DNA of 64,000 nt, from NCBI GenBank assembly GCA_003971905.1, contig RSEE01000012.1, forward strand, positions 62,001 through 126,000, written 5' to 3'. The notes under the pieces are model-generated. The model was not told the origin of the DNA and searched no databases. It saw only the letters and a program-made list of their open reading frames with translations. Within the stretch, counting starts at the first letter, position 1. Each line of letters starts with the position of its first letter. Positions 1 to 11,198 of this stretch are shown here, in pieces. A program made the translations under genes and the position numbers. This DNA comes from Moniliella sp. 'wahieum'. Taxonomy: Eukaryota.

Positions 1-769
1 ATGGTTTGACTTGCAAGTGCGTTCCACCTTGTCCCACACGCCTCTTTCCTTTCTTGATCCCGTCGTGCATGTGCTGCACCCCCTACCGACCCAGTTGGAA
101 CGAGCCTTCGGCCGGACGTCGTTGGCCGTTTGGCGCGGCCGTCTTGTCTCCGGTCGCGCTCTTTGCCGGCCTGACCTTCGCCTCGTCTCCCTCGGACGCA
201 GACAAGGCCACAGGGGACATCAACCTCCTCTTGGCCCGGGGCTGCTTTGTGCTGGCCGCGGTACTGTGTCTGTCGCGGTGCTGGCGTTCCTCGCACTAAG
301 TTACATTTCCACTTCCGATACACTTGTCCTTGCCCACCCTTTGACCGCCTACCAACCCACCGGGATCGCAGCCGATGTGGCGCAAGCGGATGCGGCGCAC
401 CAGCTCGCCCAAACCCATCTCTTTGGCCCGCCCCTGTCCAAGGCCGAGCAAGCGGCCAGCGGTACATTTTGTGCTTGATGAGGACGAGGACGAAGGAGGG
501 TGCTGCTGCAGAGCAAGAAGAACAGGACAAGGATATACTAGGCGCTGTCCCAGATGCGGGAGACAGACGAGGAGAGGGTGCGTCGTCTGGCTCAGGAACT
601 GATGCCACGCCTAGTGTGCTCGCCTACGCGCGGATGGCTGTTGCGCCATGGCGTAGAACAGGCCGAATGGCTGGCTGCGCACCGCACCCTCTTGGCCGAT
701 GCGTTTCGGTACCGCTGGACCGGCGATGTGGGCGACAAACTGGAGGAGTACCGGCGGGATACGCAGTAA
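1..769 (+). CDS. 3' part of a hypothetical protein (runs off the window, frameshifted)
   Basis: Protein-like segments in successive frames (hydrophobic stretch, acidic DEDEDE tract, ...LADAFRYRWTGDVGDKLEEYRRDTQ*), ending at TAA 769. No family recognised. Confidence 0.4.
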
Positions 770-2034
770 GAATTGGATAAAGTCGTCAGCTGGAGAAACC
801 AAATAGAGGCCGTGCCGTGGAGAGGGGGAAGGGGGGAAAGTCAGTGCACAAGGACCCATCCTCTAACCCCACCTTTTCCTCCTCCTCCTTGCCGTAACCG
901 ACACGCACACCAAACCCAACGCAGCCCAGTTCGCTGTTTCCCTTCCCTCTTGTTCTGCATCCACCCCTCACTCAGACGACCGCCAACCGCTTTAAGTTAG
1001 GCCGTCCGTGGGACAATCGACTCTCTGTTGCGCTTCGCTACAATCCACCTTGCTCTCGCTATCAACCGACCCTCAACACCCGTACCTAGCTGTAATAGAT
1101 GTCGTGGATGCCCAAACGGGAGGAAGGAGGGGGGGTGATGAAGCATCCTAGCGACAACCGGACGTTTTTGGCTCTCGCTGCAATCTCCTCCCGCCTGTCC
1201 GGCTGGGCCCAGCGCGTGGAGCGTTACTACCACTCCAGTGTGGGTGGAAGCAAGGAAGAGCCACCCCGTCAAGGGCCGAAGTAGGGGGTGGAAGGGACCA
1301 TATTGCGGTGCGGCACGATTTGTTTGCCAAGGGATATTCTTTACCAGTCTGCAGCTCTCTGCGGGCCGAGGGGGTGGAAGGCAAGAGCGAAACGAGTGAA
1401 TGGGCACGCAGGAGCAGAAGGAGAGTGGGGGAGGGGAGACAATCATCGTACTAACCAAACGAAAGAACAAGCCCCCAGGCTCCCAAGTCCCTTGTGCGTG
1501 TACGAAGACACAAGCGAAACAGAAAGCAAATGGGGAACGGCAAATGAGTTCATTGATGGGGAGGAGAAGACACGTGAGAATGCAGGGTTCGAGTGGGAGA
1601 CATGGTAGAGGTACAGCACAGCGGGAAAGAGCGAGGAGCCCGTCGGGATCCGAGGCGTGTGGAGCACAGGCCAGAGCGAAACGGGATCGGGATCGGGATC
1701 GTGGTAGGAAAGAGAGCGATATAGGGCAAGGCAAAGGAAGGGAAGTAGGAGGCGGAGACGAGACGAGCGAGGGCGTGACAGCGGGCAAAAATCAAAAGAG
1801 GAAAGAGAGAGGAGAAAGAGAGTCGTTGGGCCGCGATCCAGCAAGCAAGCCAGCAAGCAAACAAGGCAAGCAAACAAGGCAAGCAGTAGAAGAAGCGGGG
1901 GGGGGGGATCCAACGTTGATTAGTCGGCCTGTTTGCGGCGCGACGAGAGGAGCGCGACAAGAGCGGGCTATTCCCATGAACGAGTGCGAGCCTCCCCCTC
2001 GGAGCTAGGGACGGACGGGCGACGCACGCTGGAG

Positions 2035-3423
2035 CTACGACGGCCCTTGAACGAGCCATGACGCAAACTGGAATGGCGCCTGGGAAGCGAGCCTCCGCGC
2101 GAAGGGAAAAGTGTTGTTGTGAGCCGCTGTGAGCGACGGTCGCCGCGAACTGGGAGGGTACGAGGGCGCCCGCCACTGCCCCACCGGCCGAGGCAGCGGT
2201 GGTGCGAGTCGAGGTACTCGGAGGCGGAGCTGAAGCGGGAGCGGGTGCGGGCGCAGGCGGCGCAGCAACCGCTTGGGTGGCCAGTTGTTCGCTGTACCGC
2301 TCGATCAGGTGGACAATCATTCGGGCCTGCGCGACGCCTTGAACCATTCCTGGGCGATGCGCACGCATATGCTGAATCAGATCCAAGGCCAAATCTTGTG
2401 CTTGACGCTCGCGTTCGGCGCTGCTGAGACGGCGGCAGGAGCGGGCAATGGTCCAAGTGATCGAGCGCCATCAGACCGGCGATGACCGTGCCAGTGCGTC
2501 CAATCCGGCCGAGCAGTGTACCCAGATGGGCGGAGGATGAATGGGGGACAAGCACGCACCACGTGCATTCAAGGCTCGGTTTTCGTTCTGAATGAGCATC
2601 AAGAGCTGCTGGTACAGCTCGGCACTGGTCGAGCCCAGGTCAGGCCAGGAGGTGAAGTGGAGCTGGTGAGCTCGTGGTGGGTCGGGGTGCCTGCTTGGCA
2701 GAGTAGCAGCCGGCGGCGCGTGATCTCCCAGTCGCCGCAAGCGGGCTTGGTCTCAGCAGCAGTGACGCGCCAGTCGCGGTGGACAAAGTGGTGCCCACCT
2801 GGTTGGCCAGTAGCGGTCCGCCTTGTCACGCCATTCTCGTGGCAGCGGGTGAGGTTGACGAGGAGGACCGCGCGGTCGGCGACGAGTGCTGGAAAAAGCA
2901 AGGGAAGCTGTTGGGCAGTGGGGCCTGGGTGGCGACAAACGACTGGCGCGGGGCGCGGCAGCGGCGGAGGCGGAGCGCGGGGCAGCGGGCACAGAGGGGA
3001 CAAAGGGCGGGATGCGGGAGGCGTTGATGTACGCAGCAGCGTCGTCGGCCGAGGCAGCGCCGTTGGCCTGCGGGATGGAGTGGTCGAAGGGGACCACGTC
3101 GCGGTAGCGGTTGCGGTTCGTGCCGGATCCGGCAGAGCTATGGGCGGCGGCGAGGCTGACGCTGTATCGTCGCCTGCCTGGCCGGACACGCGCAGACGGT
3201 CGAGCATGTCAACCACGCCGAGGCGGTCCTCGAAGCTTTCCGACGCGTCGATGCGGCGGGGGGGGCGAGGCGCAGCCGCAGGCGGCCGAGCGGGGCACGC
3301 ATGCTGGACGCCCAACCAGGCCGGCGTCGACGGGGGCGGCGAGCGGGGGAGCGGGCGGGGGGGTGGAGGCGGCGGCGAGGTGCAACTAGTAACTGTGGTG
3401 GCCAAGTCGGCGGCGCGCCCCAT
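2035..3423 (-). CDS. Classical protein tyrosine phosphatase (PTP family), frameshifted in this assembly; ends approximate
   Basis: Stitching minus-strand ORFs gives the PTP motifs in the correct order: YINASRI, ADRYWP, HFTSWPDLG (WPD loop), IWVHCSAG(I)GRTGT (P-loop, split by a 1-nt deletion near 2505) and MRAHRPGMVQ (Q-loop). Confidence 0.87.
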
Positions 3424-3531
3424 GCCACGGCACGTGTGGCCCAGGCGGAACGCGCATTCCGCCGGGCGGGAGCGGTGCGACGCAGTGGACGGACGGCCGC
3501 ACGGGAATGAATGCTCGTGTGCGCTCCGCCC

Positions 3532-6500
3532 ATGCTCCGCGCCGGCCCCGCTGCCCTCGCATCCGCCCTCGCCCGCCTCCGCCCGCCGCCCGCCGCCCGC
3601 CGCCACTACCGCCACTACCGCCACCACCACCACCACTACCGCCGCCACCACCACCACACCCGCAGCGATCACATCCAGCGGCTCCGCTCGCCCGCCGCGG
3701 CCGCCCATGTGCGCCATCTCTGCTCCCCCGCCTTCCTCCGCCGCGCCCGCGGCGATCCCCGCGTCCACAACGCCCTTGCTGCCGTCCACAGCCTGGCCAC
3801 CCGCCTAGCCCAGCCGCCTGCCCCCCCCGCGTCCCTCGCGCGTCCAGCCGCGCCATTCTTCGCGCAACCCATGTACCTGCCCTGCAGCACCACATCCGCA
3901 TCCTCCAACAGCACATCCTCCCCGGGCCCCGACCGTGTACCGTCGTCGCCTGCCTTGCTCCACCCCTCGAGTCCAGATCCCTCTGTCCCTCCAACCCCAC
4001 GGCCCGCTCCGATGGCCGGCCACAACCCTCATCGGAACCGTCTCCACCCGACTTTGCTGTCCGCTCTCGTCCAACGACGTGATCCTCTCTCCTCATCCGT
4101 CTGCGGGACACGGTAGCTGAGCCTGCCCAGCGCGGGGCCAAGGCACTAGTGCCAATTTCCGATGTCATTACTGACGCCGAGCTGCATGCGTTGGCCGTGT
4201 TAGCTTTGGAGGAAAACAATGCGGGTGGGATCAACGCATTGGTTCAGGTGGCGTACATGATGGACACAGCCCACGCTTCGCCCCAGGCGCCTCACATGGG
4301 CGCACAGGGCATCCCCACCCCTCCCCAGTCCTTCCCCTCCGTCACATATACTGCGGCCCGCACAGCGTTGGCCGACGAACTCGGACGTCTGCTTGCCAAC
4401 AAGGGCGCCCTCGATATCCTTCGTGCAATGTACCGTGAGGTGGTGAATAGTGCGTCCCCTCCCCCCAGCCCGGCACTGCTCCTAGTTGCTTGGCATGCTG
4501 ACCTCCCCCCCCCCCCCCGCCTTCCTTGAAGCTGGTGTGGAGATGACGGGGCCAATGAAGCATGGCTGTTCGTGCGCAAATCAAGTCGGGCGATCTGGAC
4601 GGCGCAATCGCCACCTTAGCCCAGCTGGAACAGACCCATCCGGCCGAGATGCGGTCGTATGCGTCGGTGATTGTCACCTTGTTGACCAAGGAAGATGTGC
4701 GCAGCACAAAACGAGCCTGGTCGCTCTACGACCAAATGCGCCGTGCCGCCCACACGGTCCCTGACGAGCCCATGTACGCGCGGATGATCCTGGCCTGTGC
4801 GCTGGGCAAGTTCCCAGAGCAACATCTTCCCACCTCGGCCCGCGCTGGAGCCCGACGAGCATGGGGTCTGTTCTACGAAATGACGAGGGCCTACCACCTT
4901 CGTCCATCGCTCGCCACCTACAATACGACAATCCGAGCTTTGTCCAAGGACCGGCGGTTTCGCCGGAATGCCTTGGCAGTGTACCGCCACCTAGTTGATA
5001 CCAACCCAATCAAAGAAACGGGGCTGGCATGGGTCCCGGACCGTACCACGTTCAACCACCTCCTTGAAGCATTTGATGGTATGGGCGATCTGGCCCGAAG
5101 CAAGTGGGTGGTAAACGAGATGGTTCGGGTGGCCCATCAGTTTCTCGATCCCGCCATGGCGCCTACGGCCCGATCCCCCGACCAAAATTTAGTTGATGCC
5201 GTGGCGCGTCTGCCAGATGCCAAGACGGTGACGTTCCTGCTTCACTGTTATGCGCACTACCATCCTCCGTTGCAACCGTTGCTGCAAGATGCAAGGCAGG
5301 TCGCCATGGAGCGCGAGCGGGAAGCTCTCCGGCGGTTGGAACTGGGTTTATCGGAGGAGGAGGAGGAGGAGCAAGAGGAAGCGGTAGCGGTAGCCCAGGC
5401 GGAGGACTTGAATCCTCATCCCCTCTCCGCTTTGCCCCTGGAGCAGGCCCCCGCCCTCCTCCCCAAGCGGTTGCGCGGTGTGCCTGACGTCGAGGCGGTG
5501 GTGGTCGAGGGCGGGGAGGATTGGACACGATCGGCAGAACGCGGAACGCGTGGCGTTGCCACCCCAATGGAGGAAAAGCAACCCTCCGGGTTGATGCCCG
5601 CCAAGCCTATACAGAAGAGGAGCGAGACAACGTGCCAGAGCAAGGCGGTTCTCATGCAGCCCGTATGGCCGATGCCCAGCGTACGGCGCAGCGTGAGGCT
5701 AGCACCGAGGTACGAGGCGATGTGGTGGTGGGTGAGACGCTACCGCAAACGAGCGCTGGTCCTGCAAGAGGTATCCGGGCTCTTTCGTGCGCTCCTCGAC
5801 TCGGCACGGGAAAGGGGATGTGAGAAGAATGGCCCAATCCGGTACGCTGGACACTTGGATCGGAGTGAAGATGGACGCGGATGTGCTGGCGACGTACTGC
5901 GTGTGATCATGTCCCACGGAGCGCCCGAGGAGGCACTGTGGAAGATGCATGCGGCCATGTTCAGTCCCAAGGCCGAGGAGAACGTGTATGCCCAGTTCGG
6001 CCTTCAGCCCGATACACGCGCGTACGAGTGGTTGTTTCGCACCGGGCTGTTTTACCCCGAGTCGGACCCTCTGCGACCCCAAGTGGATCGAGTGCTGGAT
6101 GAAGCGTGGTCAAGCTTTATTCAGACTCCCAGTTCGCGAGACCCCTCGGCGTACAGCGTGTGGCGCTTCCAGATTGAAAACTTGGCGCGCAGTTCGCGTC
6201 TGGACGAGGCAATGAGCACGTTCGGCAATTTGTTCGGACCATGCCGCCCGTAACAGCCGACGTGATCAATGGCAAACTTCCGCTGGAAGGCAAAGGCGGT
6301 CGAGCTGAGAAGCTGACAGAGCCCATCATGCGTCAATTGATACACCAGCTCGACACACAGAAACGCTACACGTTCCCCAAAGGCGACTTTGACCATTGCG
6401 CACCCGATTGGCGTTGGCGTACCGCGAAGCCGACGTAAAGTTGGTCCAGCATGCCCAGGTGGCGTACCAAATGCAAGTCAGCTACTTACGTCGTGCTTTG

Positions 6501-6702
6501 GCTCACCACGCCCGGTCGCACGCCCTATCTCTGCCACACCCTGACGGAAGCGATCTCCTTCCGATCGTGGTGGAAAGAGCGTCCGGCAGTGGACAAGCCG
6601 CGCCCGAACCGGTGGCGCGAAAAGGCGGGAAGGCGGCTACAGAAACACCCATTCCAGCAACAACGACAACTACTCCTACCACCATTCGTAGGTATCCATT
6701 GA
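3532..6702 (+). CDS. Pentatricopeptide-repeat (PPR) protein, probably mitochondrial RNA processing (CCM1-like architecture); ends approximate
   Basis: ORF 4562-6253 has PPR-type helical repeats (PDEPMYARMILACA, PSLATYNTTIRALSK, PDRTTFNHLLEAF, PDAKTVTFLLHCY, PDTRAYEWL). Arg/Ala-rich MLRAGPAALASALARLR start at 3532 resembles a mitochondrial presequence. Confidence 0.75.
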
Positions 6703-7451
6703 TCATCCAAAATCTGCACATGATGCATTTGTCTCCCCCCTGCCCATGTTTTGGTGGGACCCGAGTATCCAATGCGTTTTTGTCTGCCAGCACCATGCAG
6801 TCTGTTCCTCCGTAGTCAAGCTGGACATGGTCCAAAGGAGTACTACAGTGGTGTTTGGTGTACTTACTTCAGTAGTACTAGTAAGCTTCACTGCGGAAGT
6901 TATACTTGTTTTGGTATATCCTCGTTTCTTCTGCGTAAGGGGTCTCTGTCTGAACAAGCGTTGCAAAAAATGCTATGAGAGCAACTTTTTTTGAAGAGCA
7001 GTGCTAGTGAGAGAGGCGATCCTCGGGGCCTGGAGGCCGATGACGTCGATGACGCGCATGACGATATAATTGGTCCACCATTTTTGACCGTTCCAACAGA
7101 GATGTCTCAGATAAGTCGATCCGGATGCCCGTAGGGTTTTGGTCCGAAGATATAATGGTTGGTGGAAATACTGAGGCGTTGGGATCAGAACGTTGGCTGG
7201 AGCAGGAGGCGAGGAGGCAGGCAAAGCGTGACGTGAGGGTCCCCCGATTCCTGTCCCGGTTCTTCGCTCTGTCATTTCTTGTTGGCATGCATACTATTAG
7301 ACCTACTACCGCAGCTTCAAACGTCACACCACTTGTAACAATGTGGTCACTACACTACAGTATACGAGAGCTGTGGCGAATAAAGGGGAGTATAAAAGGA
7401 AGACCCACTCCCGCCCAAGACCCCTCATCATTAACATCATTACTTCCCCCA

Positions 7452-7700
7452 TTAGTATACCAGTTTCATGCCTTGTAGGTCTGAAGCTGAGGTGCGTCCG
7501 TCGATAAGTAATACTGTTGGTAATGATTTTGTTGTCGGCCTGTTGCATGATGGGGTTTTCGGTGGAAATTCTGGTGAAACGCTAGAGTGTGACAAGACAT
7601 CTTGCAGCCGCGATAACGGGAAATATCTATACGTGGATCTCGAAAGTCCTTGTAGTTCTGCTTCGGATGTGGTCGACAAATTGGTTCGTAAGAGAGGTTA
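7452..7700 (-). mobile_element. Degenerate Ty1/copia RNase H-like relic
   Basis: Lower-GC stretch. Minus-strand peptides LSTTSEAELQGLS ... ADNK ... RPTRH resemble copia RNase H motifs ST.EAE / DN / RTKH in order; no intact ORF. Confidence 0.4.
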
Positions 7701-9839
7701 GATATATAGATTTGCAGCCACACCGTTTTGTCAGTAGGAGGGTGGAACGTTAACTTAAAACCGTTAAACGTTGTTTTTTGGTTTTTGTTGTTGACAGGCC
7801 GATGCGATCCGGGCGCGTTAGTATTTCATCCGTCGCGGCCCGCGGTACGGGACACCAACTTCTGCCGCCCCTTCGTTGCCCGACTGTCTTCCCGACGTTC
7901 GTCTCGGTGGCAACTGAACCATGAACCGGCTAGAACTTCCATAGCTCAAAGGAGAGCAAAACCGGTGGAAGGGCACGGGTGTGTCTGCTGTGGCACAAAG
8001 ATCTAGCTCATCCGAACAGCCTATAACTGAGTGGGATGGCCACCGTGAGAGAAAACGGGAGGGGCAGGGTCGATCTCATGCAGTGATGAGGTCGATGGGG
8101 GCTCGGTTTATCTAGTACTAACTCAAAAAGTACTTTGGAAATCTAGTTGGCCCCAGTGTTTCTAGAGGTTCTTGGTAGATGGTTGGTGCGGCGGGCCACA
8201 GAGGCGTTTAGCTGAGGCAGATTGTAATGGAATCCGTCCGTGATTGATAAGATTGATAAGAGGGGTTCAAATCAGGGTGCGACTCATCGTACTCATCTTA
8301 CATCCGAGGGATCCTCGCCGCGGTGTGTGACAGGTTCGAAGCCACTCATGCCGGCTAAGCGTGGCTGCGAAGAATGTGAATGAAGCAAGAACCCAACAGA
8401 ACCCTATGGAAGGAGCACGAGCCCTGCAAACTGTTCACAGCACGCCACGACATTATGGTATGGGATCGTTCTTCTCCCTTACATTCGTTGTTGACTGGTT
8501 AACTAGCACACGCGCATGCGGTTACAGCCACAGAGGGTAACGTGGCTCGAGGGGCGCACATGCATCGATGACAAGACAATGGAGCTGACAAGTTTGAAGC
8601 ACGCCGAGGGCAGGAGCGAGCAGAGAGCGCGAGAAGGGGTGCATACTGGCATGCTGAGATTATATGGGCAGTGGGATGAGGAAGATGAGGCAGACTGGGG
8701 GGGTGGGAGCGAGGCGGAGGCGGAGGCTGGCGCTGGGGCGGATGCTGGGCACGAGACACGCGAGGACGGTGGAGGGGCAAGACTTGTTCGGGTGGGAGGG
8801 CAAGAGGTGAGGCGATGGGATCGAGCGGACGGAGGGCGAGAGGCGCATGTGTTTTTGGCATGTGAGAGTGCTCTTGAGTCATCTGGATGTGGCGAGTGGG
8901 GGCAGGCTGTGTGGGAGGCTGGACGCGGTGTGCACGGGCCAATGGGCGCATTGGCAGTGTGTTTTTATCAGTAGGCCAACGCGACGGCTGAGATGCTGAG
9001 GTGCTGAGCCTCAGCGAGGGCTCCGTACTCCGTCACGCCGCAGGGTTGGGTTGGGGGGCACACTCAGCCTCAGCACCTCAGCACTCTGGCTGAGGGCAAG
9101 CACAAGCACATGCACACACGCAAGCATACGCACACCCAAGCATCGCAATCGGTGCTTGCCCTCCCTCCCCCAAGCTGCAGGGCGGCCAAACAGCGTTTGC
9201 ATTTCGCACTCCCCCCTGCGTCCCTGGCCCCACTGGGCGGGTGCTGCTGCCTTGCCACCCCGTGCGCGCGTCACGCGTCAGGGACCGATGTGGGATGGAT
9301 GAGAGCACGCATGATCACGCGCCACGCGTCATGTCCAGGGGCGGGGCGGTGTGCCTGGCCCAGCCCAGCGCCCGCACCAGCGCAGCACCCGGGGGTTGGG
9401 GGGCGACGTCATGCAGTGCGCAGCCGGTCGCCGAGTGCTGCTGGGACAGACCAGAGACAGCGGGCTCAGTACCCAGTGTTGTGTGCCCGCGGACGGATGC
9501 CCCCCCCCGATCGGGGCGACCGGCTGGGCCAGAGCGGCGCGGTGCGGGGTGTGGACTGTGGGGCAAACTTAGGCGGCAAGGGTGCGTGGATGCGACGCGG
9601 CTACGCACTGCTACGCTTGGGCCGCAATCGTTAATCGAGGTTCGGATCAACAGGCCGCGCCCGATTAGAGCGCCACAGGCAGCTGCGCCCGTGCTGCTTG
9701 GCTGCGGCCCACCATTCCATGCACGGAGGCATGCCCGCAGCCATGCGCCAGTGCATGCGCACCGCCACGCCTCGCACGCTTCCCCTCCGCTCCGTCGCGC
9801 TGGCCAGGCCCTTTCGCCGCGTTAGCCCCCCCCCGCGCA

Positions 9840-9847
9840 TATATATA
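9840..9847 (+). promoter_or_regulatory. Putative TATA box of the aldo-keto reductase gene
   Basis: TATATATA in very GC-rich context, ~135 nt upstream of ATG 9982 and followed by a CT-rich tract. Confidence 0.5.
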
Positions 9848-9981
9848 GCCCCCTCTTCCTCCCCCGCTCTCGTCTTCTCTGCTGCCGTTTTCACACGCCT
9901 CCTCTTCCTCTACCTCTGCCTCTGCCTCTGCCTCTGCCTCCGCCTCCGCCCCCTGCCCCACCCGCCACCCCCGCTGCCCCC

Positions 9982-11198
9982 ATGACCGACACGATCGACG
10001 TTGCTGCCTTCCAGGCCCACAAGGCCTTCCAAGACCAGTCCCCCCAGGCTTACCGCAAGGGCTCCAACCGCCCAGGCCTACTCGATGGCGAGCGCCGCCG
10101 CTCCTCTGTCACCGACACCAAGATCAAGCTCAACTCGGGCCATTACATCCCCGTCGTTGCCCTCGGCGTGTACAAGGCCCCCAACGATTCCACCACGGAG
10201 GATGCCGTCAAATGGGCTTTTGAGGCGGGCTATCGCCATGTCGACTCGGGTACGTTGTGTTTCCGTGCTTTTTCTTCTTTCTTCTGTCTCCTCTTCGGCA
10301 TCCACCATCCCCACCTCTTCTTCCTCTTCCTCTCTTTAGGCTCCGTGCCTATTGGTTGCTTTCCTTGTCTTCCTTTTTGCCTTGCGTTGCCAATGTACTG
10401 ACAATAACACCCTTCCCCGCCTTGTCTCTGTCCAGCCGCTCGGTATGCCAACGAGGAGGCCGTGGGACGTGCGGTGCGCGACTTTATCCAGCGCACCGGC
10501 ACTCCGCGCGAAGAGATTTTTGTCACGTCCAAACTCTGGGATGCCGACCACGAGCGGGCGGCGGAGGCGATTGACGAGTCGCTGAGCAAGCTGGGGTTGG
10601 ACTATATGGACCTCTACCTACTCCATTCGCCTGGGGCCGACCGGAACACGCGGTTGGAGGCATGGAAGGCGATGGAAGCTGCTGTATATGCGGGCAAGAT
10701 CAAGTCGATTGGGGTGTCCAACTTTGATGTGGAAGAGTTGGACGATTTGTTGGCCCATGCGCAGATCAAGCCCGCCGTCAACCAGATTGAGTCGCATCCC
10801 TTTTTCCAGCACGACGATTTGCGGCAAGCGACGATGGAGCGTGGGATTCATGTGCAAGCCTACTCGCCCATGGCGCAAGGTGCCGCCCTGGACCGCCCGG
10901 AGATTTTGGCCATTGCCAAAAAACACAACAAGTCGGCCGCGCAGATCTGCTCAAGTGGGGCATGAACATTGGCAACATTATCCTGCCCAAATCGCTTACC
11001 AAGTCGCGCATCGAAGCCAACGCCGACTTGTTTGACTTTGACCTGGACCAGGACGATATGGACCTGCTCAACAATTTGGACGAAGGCATGAAGATGGGCA
11101 AGTTGGGACCAGCCGGCACCTCGGCCCCGGGCTCGCGCCGCACTTCTTCCTCCACTGGCGGCCTGTCGGGAGGCAAATTGCAAATGAGCTCCAAGTAA
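9982..11198 (+). CDS. Aldo-keto reductase (AKR5/GCY1/2,5-DKG reductase-like); intron 10250-10435, one apparent frameshift near 10950
   Basis: LNSGHYIPVVALG, GYRHVDS|AARYANE (joined across a GTACGT...TACTGAC...CAG intron), FVTSKLW, LDYMDLYLLHSP, SIGVSNF, PAVNQIESHPF, QAYSP, ILPKS. Confidence 0.93.

Noticed and set aside
2516..3808. Long Pro/Ala/Arg/Gly-rich ORFs in the track (also 29800-31239, 51010-52500 and many antisense ORFs)
   Set aside because: Shadow ORFs caused by high GC content and stop-codon scarcity opposite or overlapping real genes.
7334..7594. TGTAAC...GTGACA segment with TATAAAA as a solo LTR
   Set aside because: No TSD, no second copy in the window, and it overlaps the copia RNase H-like relic.
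8080..8216. Possible C/D box snoRNA (GTGATGA...CTGA)
   Set aside because: No terminal stem or recognisable rRNA guide; the motifs are too short to support alone.
8300..8350. GGTTCGAA T-loop-like motif suggesting a tRNA
   Set aside because: No T-stem pairing, acceptor stem or D-arm can be built.
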